A stretch of 64,000 bases of DNA from the NCBI GenBank assembly GCA_965287045.1, contig OZ336885.1, forward strand, positions 22,072,001-22,136,000, in the 5' to 3' direction. The stretch is from Carcharhinus amblyrhynchos (taxonomy: Eukaryota). Under the pieces are notes generated by a model. It was not told where the DNA came from. It was given only the letters and a program-made list of their open reading frames with translations, and searched no databases. Within the stretch, counting starts at the first letter, position 1; the number at the start of each line of letters is the position of its first letter. A program made the position numbers and the translations under genes. Shown piece by piece: positions 26,030 through 37,536 of the stretch.

Positions 26030-26430
26030 TCTACATCCCAGAGTGTTGAAAGAAGTGGCTGCATAGGCAGTAGATGCATTGGTGATTATCTTGCAAAATT
26101 GGAGACGCCCTGAAACAATTTTGATATTCCAGCTGAGGCCTAACTAGCGTCAGGCCTAAATAGTGCAACATAATGTCCTTGCTTTGTACTCTATATCCCA
26201 GAACGCTATATGCTTTAACTGCTCTCTCCACCTGCCCTATCACCTTCAATAATCTATGCACATATGTGATTATGATCAAGACAGGTTAAGGGGTTTACAG
26301 ATACTCAAGACATCAAAGGTTACGAGGATAGTGTAAGGAAAATGGCATTGAGGCAGATAATCAGCTATGATCCAATTGAAGAGCATGCTCAATGGGCTGA
26401 ATGGCCTACTCCTGCTCCTATGTTTCTAGA
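26030..26430. mobile_element. Rearranged CR1 fragments on both strands
   Basis: Minus-strand remnant HRLLKVIGQVERAVKAYSVLG...TLVRPQLEY; plus-strand tail gggctgaatggcctactcctgctcctatgtttct. Confidence 0.65.
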
Positions 26431-26519
26431 ACATTTTAAATAGTGGTACAAGATGTGTTAATGACTTGTGTGCATAGTTCTTTAAACATCTATTCATGAT
26501 TCAAGTATTCATTATCCAT

Positions 26520-26740
26520 GGGGGTCAGTTTAGCTCAATTGGTTGGAAAGCTGGTTAGTGATACCGAGCAATGCCAACAGCGTGGGTTCAATTCCTGTAC
26601 TGGCTGAGGTTATTCATGAAGGCCCTGCCACCTCAACCTTGTCCCTTGCCTGAGGAGAGGTGATCCTCAGGTTAAAACACCAGCAGTCAGCTCTCACACC
26701 TCAAAGGGAAGAACATCTGCGACTATAACAACTTTTTTAC
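26520..26740 (+). mobile_element. tRNA-derived SINE
   Basis: A-box tagctcaattgg and B-box gggttcaattcc, followed by a non-tRNA body. Confidence 0.65.
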
Positions 26741-27624
26741 ATTTATTCATTATTCAATTAAAGTATTTCATCAAAACATTCTGCTTTGTCTTGCCATTTT
26801 ACCAACAAACACAATAAAATGGAAAGACACAAACACATTGTGTGCCTATGAGTATTGAGATCACATGCCCAAGGGAATCTATACTAATTGTTTAATCAAA
26901 TGGAAGGAATTAAAATTGTGGTCCCTGACAAATACATTGGATAACACTGCTTGGGAGGAACCAGAGAAAATGTCCTTCTCTCAGAATACACAAAGTCTCA
27001 GGCTGTGAAAAGCATACAGCTATGCTTTTTCTGAAAAAAACACCCACACAAACAGCAGTAAAAGCATCTCTGCAAGATTTTCACAGGCCTGTCATTAGGA
27101 ACACTTGTTCCAGATCTGACCGAATTAGAAAATCAGCCACCATCTGTTTGCTAGTGATAATTAGATATGACTGAAAAGACAGATCGTCAGATGTTAACCT
27201 AGCTCATTAGAGCTCCCTTAAATATGGCCAGGGTCCCCAAGTACTTTTACCTATATTTCCAGAACTGCCATTCAACACCAACTAATTAATATCCTCAGAC
27301 CAACAATAGTAAAAGCAAATGTAATTTTAGCATTGGCTCAACAGATTCAATAGGTTTGTGGGATTAGCAGTTTTAAAATGTTTACTCCAGTCATGTCTGT
27401 GCTGAACGACCCAGAATTGAACGTTAGTTGCACGTTGATCGGACTTCTTTTAACGAACATTCTCGATGTCAAAGCAACTGCAGAAGCAGACCCAAGAGCT
27501 GGATTCCCCATATTTCAGAATGATTAATGGGTATGGATTAGGATAAAAAGTGACATGTTATGAACAAATAAAGAACAGAAACATTTAAAATAAGCCTTTT
27601 AACCTTTAAGTAACCTTGTTTACA

Positions 27625-27985
27625 GTCATTTGTGGGACATGGGTGTTGCTGGTTGGTCAGCATATATTGCCCATCCCTAGGTGCCCTTGTTCAGAGGGTA
27701 GTTGAGAGTCAACCACATTGTCATGGCTCTGAAGTCACATGTAGGCCAGACTAGGTAAGGATGGCAGATTTCCTTCCCTAAAGGACACTAGTGAACCAGA
27801 TGGGTTTTTCCAACAATCGACAACAGTTTCATGGTCATCAGTAGATTCTTAATTCCAGATATTATTTTACTGAATTCAAATTCCACTATTTGCCATGATG
27901 GGATTCGAACCCAGGCCCCCAGAACATTAGCTGAGTTTTCTGGATTAATAGTCGAATGACAATACCACTAAGCCACTGCTTCCCC
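27625..27985 (-). mobile_element. tRNA-derived shark SINE-like repeat
   Basis: gggattcgaaccc B-box on the antisense strand; body shared with 40505-40870 and 2590-2700. Confidence 0.65.
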
Positions 27986-28779
27986 ATTGTCTAAGTTACC
28001 TTCTAAATTTAAATCAAATATGAATTTGAAGAAACAATTTACATACACTATGGGCTATGCAAGTACTTGTTTTTCCAATTCACATAGGAAAAACAGATGC
28101 TCAGCAACAACAAGTATGGAGTGTTTAACCAATGACAAATAGATAAGTTTTAAGGCATCTTTTAAAGTTGGAAGAAGGATAGTCATGTAGAAAGCAGGCA
28201 CTCGATAGAATAGAAAGCTCATGGTTTAAGTATCAATGGTGAAAATAAATGCATAGAATGAAGTACTTTACAGCACTAGGGGAGATCACAGAGATCAGGT
28301 TAAGTCAAAATCATGGTGGTACTTACATCAAGTCTTAGATTTACACCATGCAATTATTTAAAATTAGAGACATTATAAAATTAACAATTTATAAAATTAT
28401 AAATTGCTCCTCAGTGGCACAAAAGGCATAGCATATACACAGGATAAGAAGAAAACAGAGTTGAGTTATTGAAAGTAAAATCAAAACCATTTTCATCGCT
28501 TTGAGAACATGATATTGTTGTCACCCAGAATAAAAAATAAACCAAAAAACCAAAAAATAAACCAAAAAGACAGATGAATAAGCATCACTCCATAACCTTG
28601 AAAACTTCCAGGTAAGATCCGATGGCAATGGGAAATCCAAACATTTCAAATGCTTCATGCCATGTACTCTAGGCTTGCACAAAAAAAAAGCAATTAATAC
28701 CAAAATCTCTGTGTGAAGCCAGTGAGGCCAAGGAACTTTTATCATAAAAGACAGACAAAAAAGTTTCTTTTCAAAGCAA

Positions 28780-30566
28780 ATATACAACAGATAATGATTT
28801 ATTCCAAAAGACAGTAATCTAAATAATCACCCATTATGAAAATCAATTGGAATCCAAAATTACCTTGATTCAAAACTAATTTCCTTACAATTAATTTATA
28901 CATTTTCAATTCTAAATTGAAGTTTTTTTTTGGCAGAGTACTTTTCCCAGTAACAGATGTCTTTAACTCCACGTCCTTGACATATGATGATATTCACACA
29001 AAGGGATCAGATGATCGTCAATACTATTTCAGAGATCAGGCAATCATTTAGCACAATTTTCCCTTTTTTTAATGTTGGGTTTCCATTTTCCTAAATTTTA
29101 CATAATATTCAAAGTTACCTGTCTCCTTACTGTTTTTTCAGTACTTAAGCAGAGTGACAATGCTCCGCAATGCATCAGTTCTGCTTTAATGTGAGTGATA
29201 ACATCATTCTGTTAGTGCAATTCAACTAACAGATGTGCCAATTAGGGGGGAAAAGAGCTGTTCTTCAGAGACTAACTAAAAGTGGCACAATTTAAATCAA
29301 AGTAAGTTTACTTTTTTAAACATTCCAATATTTAACCAAAAGAAAGTGCAGTCCAACAGTGAAATACAACAGCGCTCTTAATCACGTTAGCAGAGATCAG
29401 AAGCCATGACCCATCATTAACGTAAAAATAAAATGTTTTAATATTTCAAAATGGATAAAATTTGCAGATTGAAAGAATCAAAGAGCTTAGCAAATTTATA
29501 TGAACAAAGTACTGCATCACATATAATTAATGTATTTTATTCAATTTACTACACAACTTCTCAATACCGTGTAAAGGTGTAAATAAAAATACAGCATAAT
29601 ACAGACAGAAGTCACCCACGCATCAAAGACCAATAAAATCCCAAGCATATACTCAGTCAACACAACCGCATTAAAATAGACAAATAGAAAGGAGAAAGAC
29701 TTGATGGCTGGAGATTAAATGTACCCTGAGAATGAGTTTGTAAAGCCACTTCTAAATAAATTTATATTTGCAGAATGTCTTTGGTAAACAGGGAATGAGA
29801 CTCAGGTCAAACAATGAAGTAAAAGACTTTCTGCCCCATTGCTCTTCACAATTATAGATGGAACAAAAACAAACCATTTCTTTTAAGGCCACCTAATAAG
29901 CTTGCATCATTGCTAACACTGTTCATAGGTTGTATTCTATAACTTTCAAATACTGGGGAAGCAAGCAAAACAAAATGTAAAGATACTGTGTCAGTAATGC
30001 ATTGGAAGCACCAAATACTGTACTCTCCATTTCAATCTTTCGAAGAGCCACATCGCTAACATGCAAAGCAGACTAAGGTAGGAGACTATAAGCATTTTAA
30101 CATTGCAAAAAAATAAACACTGCTTAATATGAACAGAGCAAAAACTCAACATGCTTAATCATGTGGTCAGTTTTACAGTATTAACATGTTTCTTTAGGTT
30201 TTACAAACTAAATCAGTGCATAGAGCATTATTGTGGAGTCAACAACTTCATCTTTACACATTTGTGGTAAGAAAAGACATTAACATCAGCAAAAAATGAA
30301 AAAGCATTTTCAACAGATAGATAGGTCCCTCATGATTTGCAGTCCTATAATGGTTCATTATGAACTGCGAACATACACTTCTTAATGGATTTGCATGCAG
30401 TTTATCTGCCCTTCCATTTATGTACAGTGGCCAGACTGGACTAAAAAAGGCAAAATTATACACAATGATACACATTTTTGATACATATATGTTGCACTTT
30501 CACCATGCTTATAATAATCCACCTAATAGTGGTCCAGATTAGTCATTTCTTCACAACAGTTCTTTA
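28780..30566 (-). other. ASXL1: Probable ASXL1 3' UTR with candidate poly(A) signals at 29536-29541 and 28798-28803
   Basis: Non-repetitive sequence, U-rich on the minus strand. The AATAAA at 28803-28798 is followed by U/GU-rich sequence (ttttttgtctgtctttt). Confidence 0.5.
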
Positions 30567-33500
30567 CTATCTCACCACAAGACATGATACACAAAGTTTA
30601 GATGGGCCTATACAATCATCATGGCAAAATGCTCCACATCCTTTGCACATGATCATGGCCTTTAATCTGCAAGAACATTTAAAAGTCATTTCATTGACAC
30701 CACTGCTTTCAGCAAATGTCTGAGCAGGAACTGCAGAATTATGATTCCCAAAGTTTGCCTTCTGACTCAGTGACATCACACTTCCAGCAAGAGATGCTGG
30801 AAAGCTACCCATAGAGAGTTCGGAAACTGATGTGTTAGTGATATGACTGAATCCTGTAGTACTGAAGGAAAGTTTAGGAAGTTTGCCATATAACTGCTGC
30901 TGAATACTGAGCTGGGAATTGATGAGAGAATGTTCCGAAGAATGCTGAAATTGTAGACCAGTCTCTTTCATAACCTTTCCAATATTGCAGTCCATCTTAA
31001 TTGGTCCAACATATAATTTGTCTTTGGAATCAAATGGAATGTATGCACCATCATTTATACCAATAATGTCTTGATTTTGGTTATTTCCCCGACATGCAGG
31101 GATATTTTCAGTTTTGATGACTTTAAAGCTTTCATGCAGTTTAGGAAGCCAATCCCTTCTTACATTTGGCATACCCTCCATTCCAATTAAATTCCTCTCT
31201 GGTGAAGTCTGAGAAATGGCTGGCACATGCTCAATAACAGAACCCTTTGACTGAATCTTAATTACTTCTGTTGCTCTACAGCTTCCATCATTTTGCACAA
31301 CTACAGTGTTATGCAAATAACCATGGCTAACCTTTTGCCTCACTGGCATCCCACTGCAAGCCTTCGCTATTACTGAACCAAATATAGTGTTCTGAGTTTC
31401 CAGATTTTTACAAAAGGTTGGTGTGTTCGGAATGTAATAGCCAGACACAGTAGAGCTACTAATTTGCTTTAACGTTTCAGGCATGCTTCTCATTACAGGA
31501 TTTTTCAAATTGGGATTCTGTGTGTTTCCAGAGGAAACATTCATTAGTTCTTTGCTACCATCTTCAAAACTGCAAGCAGCTGGTGTTATTTTGTGTGTTG
31601 CTGTCCCAGACTCTTCAACAGGCCTAGAAAGAATTGGCATTCTATTTAGCTGCTCTTGTAATACTGAATCTTCCCCTAGACTTTTACAATCTCTGTCCAA
31701 GACCATCTGCGATTGCACATAATGCTTACTGGATTGCAATACAGTTGATTTCATCTGCTCCAGACGTTTTTGAGACAGATCTCTGAAATCTCCTGACAAT
31801 ATTTTATGCAAATGATAATCGGCTAACTTGATTCCACTGTGTACACCACTGATTATACTTTTGAGATCCGTTGTTTGTGCAACATGATCAATAGTCGACT
31901 GACTGAAATTTCTTTCCTGCTTAGCTTGCGGGCTCTCGGAAGGAATTGGAGGTGGAACAAGCAACTTGGTTATTTCCAATTTTGTACCAGAATGAGACTG
32001 TGGCAAAACCTTCTCTAAAGGAAGGCTGCCCTGTAGTAACTGTGAGACCAAGGGGTTGTTGACTTCAACCGATGACAGTGGTCTATTAAAATTACCAATC
32101 CTTTTCGGCTCCTCAACACTTGGCCGTAGTGAAGAGTCAGTCTGATTTAAATTATACAAAGTTTCAGGCTTGTCGTTCTGACACTCATTTGGTCTTTCAT
32201 CTTTTTGCAGCTGATTCTCCTCCGGCAACTGTAACTGTTTGTGTGGATCACCATTATCAGTCCCTTTGCAGGCATCAGGAATTTCCACAATTACACCACT
32301 TTTAGAACAAACAGGGGCTCTGTCATCTTTAAATATTCTTTCATTTGTGGGTCGTATACAACTTTCATTGGACAGCTGGCTACTTATTTCAACGTTACAA
32401 TACAATCCATTCTTGTTCATGTCACTTCCACAGTTTTGTTTCCCTTTGCTGGTTAGCTGGTCAAAGGCATCCTCTAATACTGCAACATCAGATTCTGTCG
32501 ACTGGCGTCCACCATCTGCCGCTGCCTGCTCTGGTTTGTTAAGATGTTCTTTCACACATTCTTCTGCGTCAACAGAAGCAGAACAGTCATGCTCCTTTTC
32601 AAGTCTCCCAGACTCCAGAGAAACTTTTTGTGCTAATGAATAGCTGGGATCTTTATTGGAACATGTTGATACTATTACAGATGTCAGTTGTTTCTCTGCA
32701 ACATGTGGCTCATGTGACATATCCGGCAATATGCTAGTGTCTAGCTTATTATTTACTTTTACTTCAACACAATCACTCTCCTTTTCTTCATGTGACGGCA
32801 AAGTTAGAGAGCAAGTGACTTGATGGATAAACGGAGATCCGATTTCCTTAATGGTGCATCGATTTACCTCTTGCTCACATGGGTCAATTTCTGGAAATTC
32901 AATTGATAGCTGGGTTGACAAAACATCTGTAGTGCTTGCTTTAGTTTCAATGTCATTACTTGGTAATGAATCAGATGCTGCATTTTTCACCCCCACAACA
33001 TGGACATCCGTAGTGTTGAAAACTACAGTATTCTTTGTTTCTGCAATGACGGTTCCAGCAAAACAATAGTTTTGAAGAGGTTCCTCATTGCAAGCTGTTT
33101 TATCTTGTGGACTAGGCGTCCGAGTTTGATCACAGGGTGAATTCACAGGATTGTCAGTCTCAGAAAGTGAAAGGATCACAGTTTCACATTTAAGATTTTT
33201 GCTAGATTCTGTACAGATATCATCATTGTCTGCTGGCAATTCCAGTGTTTCAGGGACTGCATCATCCTGAAAAATAGTTTCATCACTGTCAGTCTGCCCA
33301 TCAGAAACCACGATGTCACTAAGTTGGGAAACAGTAACTTGGTTAGATTCTTGCACATCCAGCACCAACTCTGGTGATTTACTGCTAATTACAGTATAAC
33401 TGGCATCACCACCCAATTCAGTTTGCTGGATGTCATCTGCTGTCATCAATTTATTTTGTGTTGTGTCAATTAGATTGCTTTCTACACATTCTTCGATTAT

Positions 33501-33893
33501 AACACCTTGCTTAACACTAATTTCTCCATCGCTGGGTTTTTCTGGTTCATCTGTTGCGCAGGTTTGGAATAGCTGTGCTCTATACTGATGTTTTGCTGTA
33601 GTTTGTTCAACAACTTTTGTTTTTCCGTCGGCTGGTCCGGGGGAATCAGTGCCCCGTGGTCCACTACCACTACTACCCCTTCCCCCTCCTTCCACTGTAA
33701 CATTGGCAGCTGCAGCTGCTGCAGCCTCCCTTTGTGCCCTGGCTTGCTGAGCACGGGCTTTGATATCTGCAAGTGTTCTGGCACCTGTCCTTTCTCGACT
33801 GACTGTCCCAACTGTAGTGACGATCCTGGGGCATATCTGGTAGGTTGGCTGCCCTTTGACAGCCCAAGGAGGTTTGATTCTTGAGAGTTGAAT
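30567..33893 (-). CDS. ASXL1: ASXL1 large terminal coding exon (3327 nt, 1108 aa + stop): ASXM1 ([10 protein letters not shown]...[12 protein letters not shown]), ASXM2 with LVSQLL box (32034-32051), C-terminal PHD finger (30570-30677)
   Basis: Acceptor ttttgcttccag at 33894. The frame is continuous with the 1042-aa ORF ending [36 protein letters not shown], and TAG is followed by TAA. The ORF-track start at 33695 is an internal GTG. Confidence 0.95.
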   Translation of the reverse strand: MQLSRIKPPWAVKGQPTYQICPRIVTTVGTVSRERTGARTLADIKARAQQARAQREAAAAAAANVTVEGGGRGSSGSGPRGTDSPGPADGKTKVVEQTTAKHQYRAQLFQTCATDEPEKPSDGEISVKQGVIIEECVESNLIDTTQNKLMTADDIQQTELGGDASYTVISSKSPELVLDVQESNQVTVSQLSDIVVSDGQTDSDETIFQDDAVPETLELPADNDDICTESSKNLKCETVILSLSETDNPVNSPCDQTRTPSPQDKTACNEEPLQNYCFAGTVIAETKNTVVFNTTDVHVVGVKNAASDSLPSNDIETKASTTDVLSTQLSIEFPEIDPCEQEVNRCTIKEIGSPFIHQVTCSLTLPSHEEKESDCVEVKVNNKLDTSILPDMSHEPHVAEKQLTSVIVSTCSNKDPSYSLAQKVSLESGRLEKEHDCSASVDAEECVKEHLNKPEQAAADGGRQSTESDVAVLEDAFDQLTSKGKQNCGSDMNKNGLYCNVEISSQLSNESCIRPTNERIFKDDRAPVCSKSGVIVEIPDACKGTDNGDPHKQLQLPEENQLQKDERPNECQNDKPETLYNLNQTDSSLRPSVEEPKRIGNFNRPLSSVEVNNPLVSQLLQGSLPLEKVLPQSHSGTKLEITKLLVPPPIPSESPQAKQERNFSQSTIDHVAQTTDLKSIISGVHSGIKLADYHLHKILSGDFRDLSQKRLEQMKSTVLQSSKHYVQSQMVLDRDCKSLGEDSVLQEQLNRMPILSRPVEESGTATHKITPAACSFEDGSKELMNVSSGNTQNPNLKNPVMRSMPETLKQISSSTVSGYYIPNTPTFCKNLETQNTIFGSVIAKACSGMPVRQKVSHGYLHNTVVVQNDGSCRATEVIKIQSKGSVIEHVPAISQTSPERNLIGMEGMPNVRRDWLPKLHESFKVIKTENIPACRGNNQNQDIIGINDGAYIPFDSKDKLYVGPIKMDCNIGKVMKETGLQFQHSSEHSLINSQLSIQQQLYGKLPKLSFSTTGFSHITNTSVSELSMGSFPASLAGSVMSLSQKANFGNHNSAVPAQTFAESSGVNEMTFKCSCRLKAMIMCKGCGAFCHDDCIGPSKLCVSCLVVR

Positions 33894-36800
33894 CTGGAAG
33901 CAAAATAATGCAAATTTATTTAGAATGCTTTTGCAAAACTGGTTCTACACAAAGAAAGCAACTAGTTATACCCTGCGCAACATTTTGGTAGAGACATAGA
34001 TCCTTCTACAATTGCTAATAATTTCAAAACACTAATCTGATGAAACAAAAGGGAAAATTACACATTTAAATCTGAAACAAAAACAGAAAGGACTAAGACT
34101 ACAGAACACATTGTTCAATCTGTAAAGAGAAAAGGCAGGTTATCAGTGTCTGACTTTCAGAACAGGAAGTCATTAACATGCAAACAAAATATATTTTATC
34201 ACCAAACCTGAAATATTCCATACTTTTCCCTCATCTATTCGCACCATGCTGTTATGGTTTACCAATTGAATGTACATTCATAGAAAAATCAGGAATAAAA
34301 AGGAAAGCTTCTTGTTCTAAATAAATAAATCAACAGTACATTCTGGTTCCTGCAAAAAAGAGCTGAGGCGAGTGGTGTGCTTATGCAGTATCTCATCACA
34401 TCCTTTGGATTTCCAAAGCACAACATTAAACTCCAATTAAGTCATCATGTTGGAAAACAAGAATTTCAATCCAAAGTTTCATTTCTTTTTAAAAGATAAT
34501 ACCATATGATGAGGAAGAAACGTTGGTCAAGACACCATGAGAAAACTTTCTGCAACATCGTGGAATCTTTTAGGTCTACTTGAATGTCAAAAATAACTGT
34601 TCAACATTGCTTGAAAAGAAAGCACTACGCTAGATCAGCCCAGAAGGTGGACTGAAGTCCACAATGGGACTTGAACCCATAACACCTGATTCAGACACAG
34701 GTATGCATCAATTGAGCAAAGCTGCTGTAATAGTCTCAGAGAAGACACGTAAATTTTAAGATCTTCAATTTACAAAGCAGAATATATTCCTCATAAAACC
34801 CTGTGTAATTATTAAAACCTATTATCAAAATATCTTTCCTTGCAAAAATGGGTTTTCAACCTGGAATCAGCAATTTGCCTGGAACCAAGCACTTTCAGCA
34901 CAAGATCTCAAGAGTTCAGTAATGTTCAATATGAGCAAACTTACCAATATGTTAGTTCTATTGTAGAAAATATTTTCATTGGTATCCACGAATGCCAGTA
35001 ATGTTTTCCATTGGATTGCTGACAGGATTTGGGATAAGACCCCAGGAGGGCATTAATAATTTCGGGGAACCCCCCGACATAAAGGGCTGAATTTGACCAA
35101 CCCCAAGCTAGCATGTTTCCCACAATGGGGAAATAGGTGAGTACCTGTGCCTGAATCAGGTGTTATGGGTTCAAGTCCCATTGTGGACTTCAGTACACCT
35201 TCTGGGCTGATCTAGCATAGTGCTTTCTTTTCAAGCAATGTTGAACAGTTATTTTTGATATTCAAGTAGACCCAAAAGATTCCATGATGTGGGTGGGTGC
35301 TGCACACACCCAATCTCAACCTTACAATTCAGAGGGCAGGCAGATGCTGGAATTGGCAGCCCACTATCATATTATGGGTCAATTCAGCTCGTTATCAAGC
35401 TAAATGACCCTGATAATTCAGTGCCCACACCATAAATTTGTGGACGGAAGGGTGCGTGCTGGAAGTCTGTTTTTTTAAACTGAAATAGTCAAGGGAAGAT
35501 GTTTGCTCTTCAATCATAGGGCGACCCCTCCACCCCCCAAAATCTCAAGACTGAATACCTACCTTCCTATCCACTCCCTCACTTAACTTCCTCCTCCTCC
35601 TTCATTGATTCAGTCTACACTTTCCACTGCCTTGCAAAAGCAGCCAGCATAATCAAGGACCCCCACGCACTTCAGACATACCTCTCCTTTCCCTCTGCCC
35701 TATGTAATCCATGAACATTACGTTTCTTCTGTATATCACCCAAGAAGCAATACTTTTCATGTACACCAATACACGTGACAACAATAAATAAAAATCAAAC
35801 TACCCTCCCACCCAAATTCCTGTAGCCCTCTGAGCCAAGAACCTGAAATTGCTTGTTACATGGATCCTAGGCCTTGGGCTCCACTTCTAACTGACAATCC
35901 CAGTCTCCTTGAAGCTGCCAGCTAAGTGGATAGGCTGACAGCTCTACGGGGCAAGATATCAAGTCCCACTCGGCCCTCATTAATGAGCCCCACAGCACTT
36001 TTATTGCTCCGGTGTGACATGGAGCCAGTTGGTTCATGCTGTCCTGGCTTCTTGGTAGCTGGTGGGTTGGCTGGGGAGGGACATTGGATTACTTCCATCA
36101 AAAGAAAAATCAGAAAACACTTCCATGAGATTTAACTCATGTGCACTATGGCATATACATGATCAACTACATACCTTATAAATGCACATTTGTCAACCTA
36201 CAGAGCCAATGACCGCCAATATCCAATCAATGGGCACAAATCCAACAATAATTCAAGACAAAAATTTACTTTATTTTAGGCAACAGAACCAGACTTTTTT
36301 GTTTTATAATGCATCTTTTCCATTTACACTTCCTGTATGGGGTCTGGATCAAGCAGTATTGCAAAGAAGAAACCTTTCAACTTAAGAGAATTGTCTGTTT
36401 TAAAATGAAAGCCGCCATAGGAATTTTTTGGCACAGAAAGAGGCCACCTGGCTCATCGTGCTTGTGCCAACCAGCCTCCTCCCACTTTCCAGATTTTGAT
36501 CTGTAATCCTACAGGTTATGGTCCTTCAGGTGCAAATCCAGACACCTTTTAAATTCAAAGTGGTTTTCTGTCTCTACCACCCTTTCAGGCAATGAGTTTC
36601 AGAACCTTACCTCCTTCTGGCTACAACAAAAGCCTCATGGCCACTTTAATCCATGTACCAATCACTTCAAATATATGCCCCCTAGTTTGACGGAATGGAG
36701 ACCCATTCACAGTATCTAAGTTCCTCACAGTTTTGAGCATCTCAATTAGATCTCCCCTCAGCCTTCTCCATTCTAAGCAAAACAGTCCAGCCTGTCCAAA

Positions 36801-37536
36801 CTTTCCTTAAAAGCTGCAATTTTCCAGTTCTGGCAACATCCTCAAATCCTCTAGTGAAATTATATTGTTACTGCAATGAACTGCACATGGAGTACTCATG
36901 TTGTGCCCTGACAAATCTTTTACAGCTCCAGCATAACCTCCCTGCTTTTTTTATTCATTCTTTTGGCTAATAAATCAAAGGATTTCATATATTTTAACCA
37001 CAGATTTGACCTGTCCTGCTATTTAACACCAATATCTTCTGCCTCCACATGATTACCTTTTTGGTCTTTTATGGGCTGTAATCTTTCCTTAGCTTCTTAC
37101 TCAAAGTATTGAGGAAACATTTCTGAGTTCACCTTGATTTTGCTTGCCAATATTCTTTTCATGTCCTTTCTCTGCTTTCTCAATTTCCTTTCTGATTTCA
37201 CCTCATAGTCCCCTCAGCTTTCTATAGCAAGGTGGAATTGAGCTTTTATTTGGCATGAAGTAGAAAGTGGGGAAAATATTTTTCTCAAGCCAGGTTTGGC
37301 TTGAATGGACCACCACATTTCCTTGACTAAACTTTAACTCCAGAAAAACAAAGCAACGCTGTAACTGTCCCAAATTACTTTGCATCTCATCTAAGAAAAG
37401 TAAAATTGAAACTAAAATGATTTTTGCAAGTAATGATTCAACGTTTTTAAAAACACACATACCCTAATAGGTGGCACCTTTGGCTCTTCTTTTGTAGGAT
37501 GTTCTTTTTCTGTCCGAAAGCTATCAATTGCGGTCC
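33497..37536 (-). CDS. Overlapping +1-frame transframe ORF (ASXL1-TF), spliced 37536-37463 + 33893-33497, 156 codons, with EHSY motif
   Basis: ORF-track entries 37447-37653 and 33497-33913 join in frame at the ASXL1 splice junction (CTA TTA GG|A TTC). The ORF starts directly after UCC_UUU_C; EHSY is at 33569-33580. Confidence 0.78.
34555..35290. repeat. 149-bp inverted duplication (34555-34703 and 35142-35290) with 6 mismatches
   Basis: Manual alignment of one arm to the reverse complement of the other: 143/149 identical, no gaps, 438-nt spacer. Confidence 0.9.
36390..37200 (-). mobile_element. Degraded CR1 LINE 3' portion
   Basis: Antisense CR1 phrases (ctcaattagatctcccctcagccttctc; tctggcaacatcctc). 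Confidence 0.65.

Noticed and set aside
26520-26600. Possible tRNA gene
   Set aside because: A and B boxes are present, but there is no convincing cloverleaf and it continues into a SINE body.
30567-33695. 1042-aa ORF as a standalone single-exon gene
   Set aside because: Its start is an internal GTG. The frame extends to the splice acceptor at 33894 and is the ASXL1 terminal exon.
31483-33884. Plus-strand ORFs antisense to ASXL1 (e.g. 32239-32643, 33588-33884)
   Set aside because: Shadow ORFs of a long coding exon, with no recognisable motifs or splice support.
33497-33913. 138-aa ORF as an independent ATG-initiated gene
   Set aside because: The ATG at 33913 is intronic, upstream of the acceptor. 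The ORF is better explained as the spliced +1 transframe ORF.
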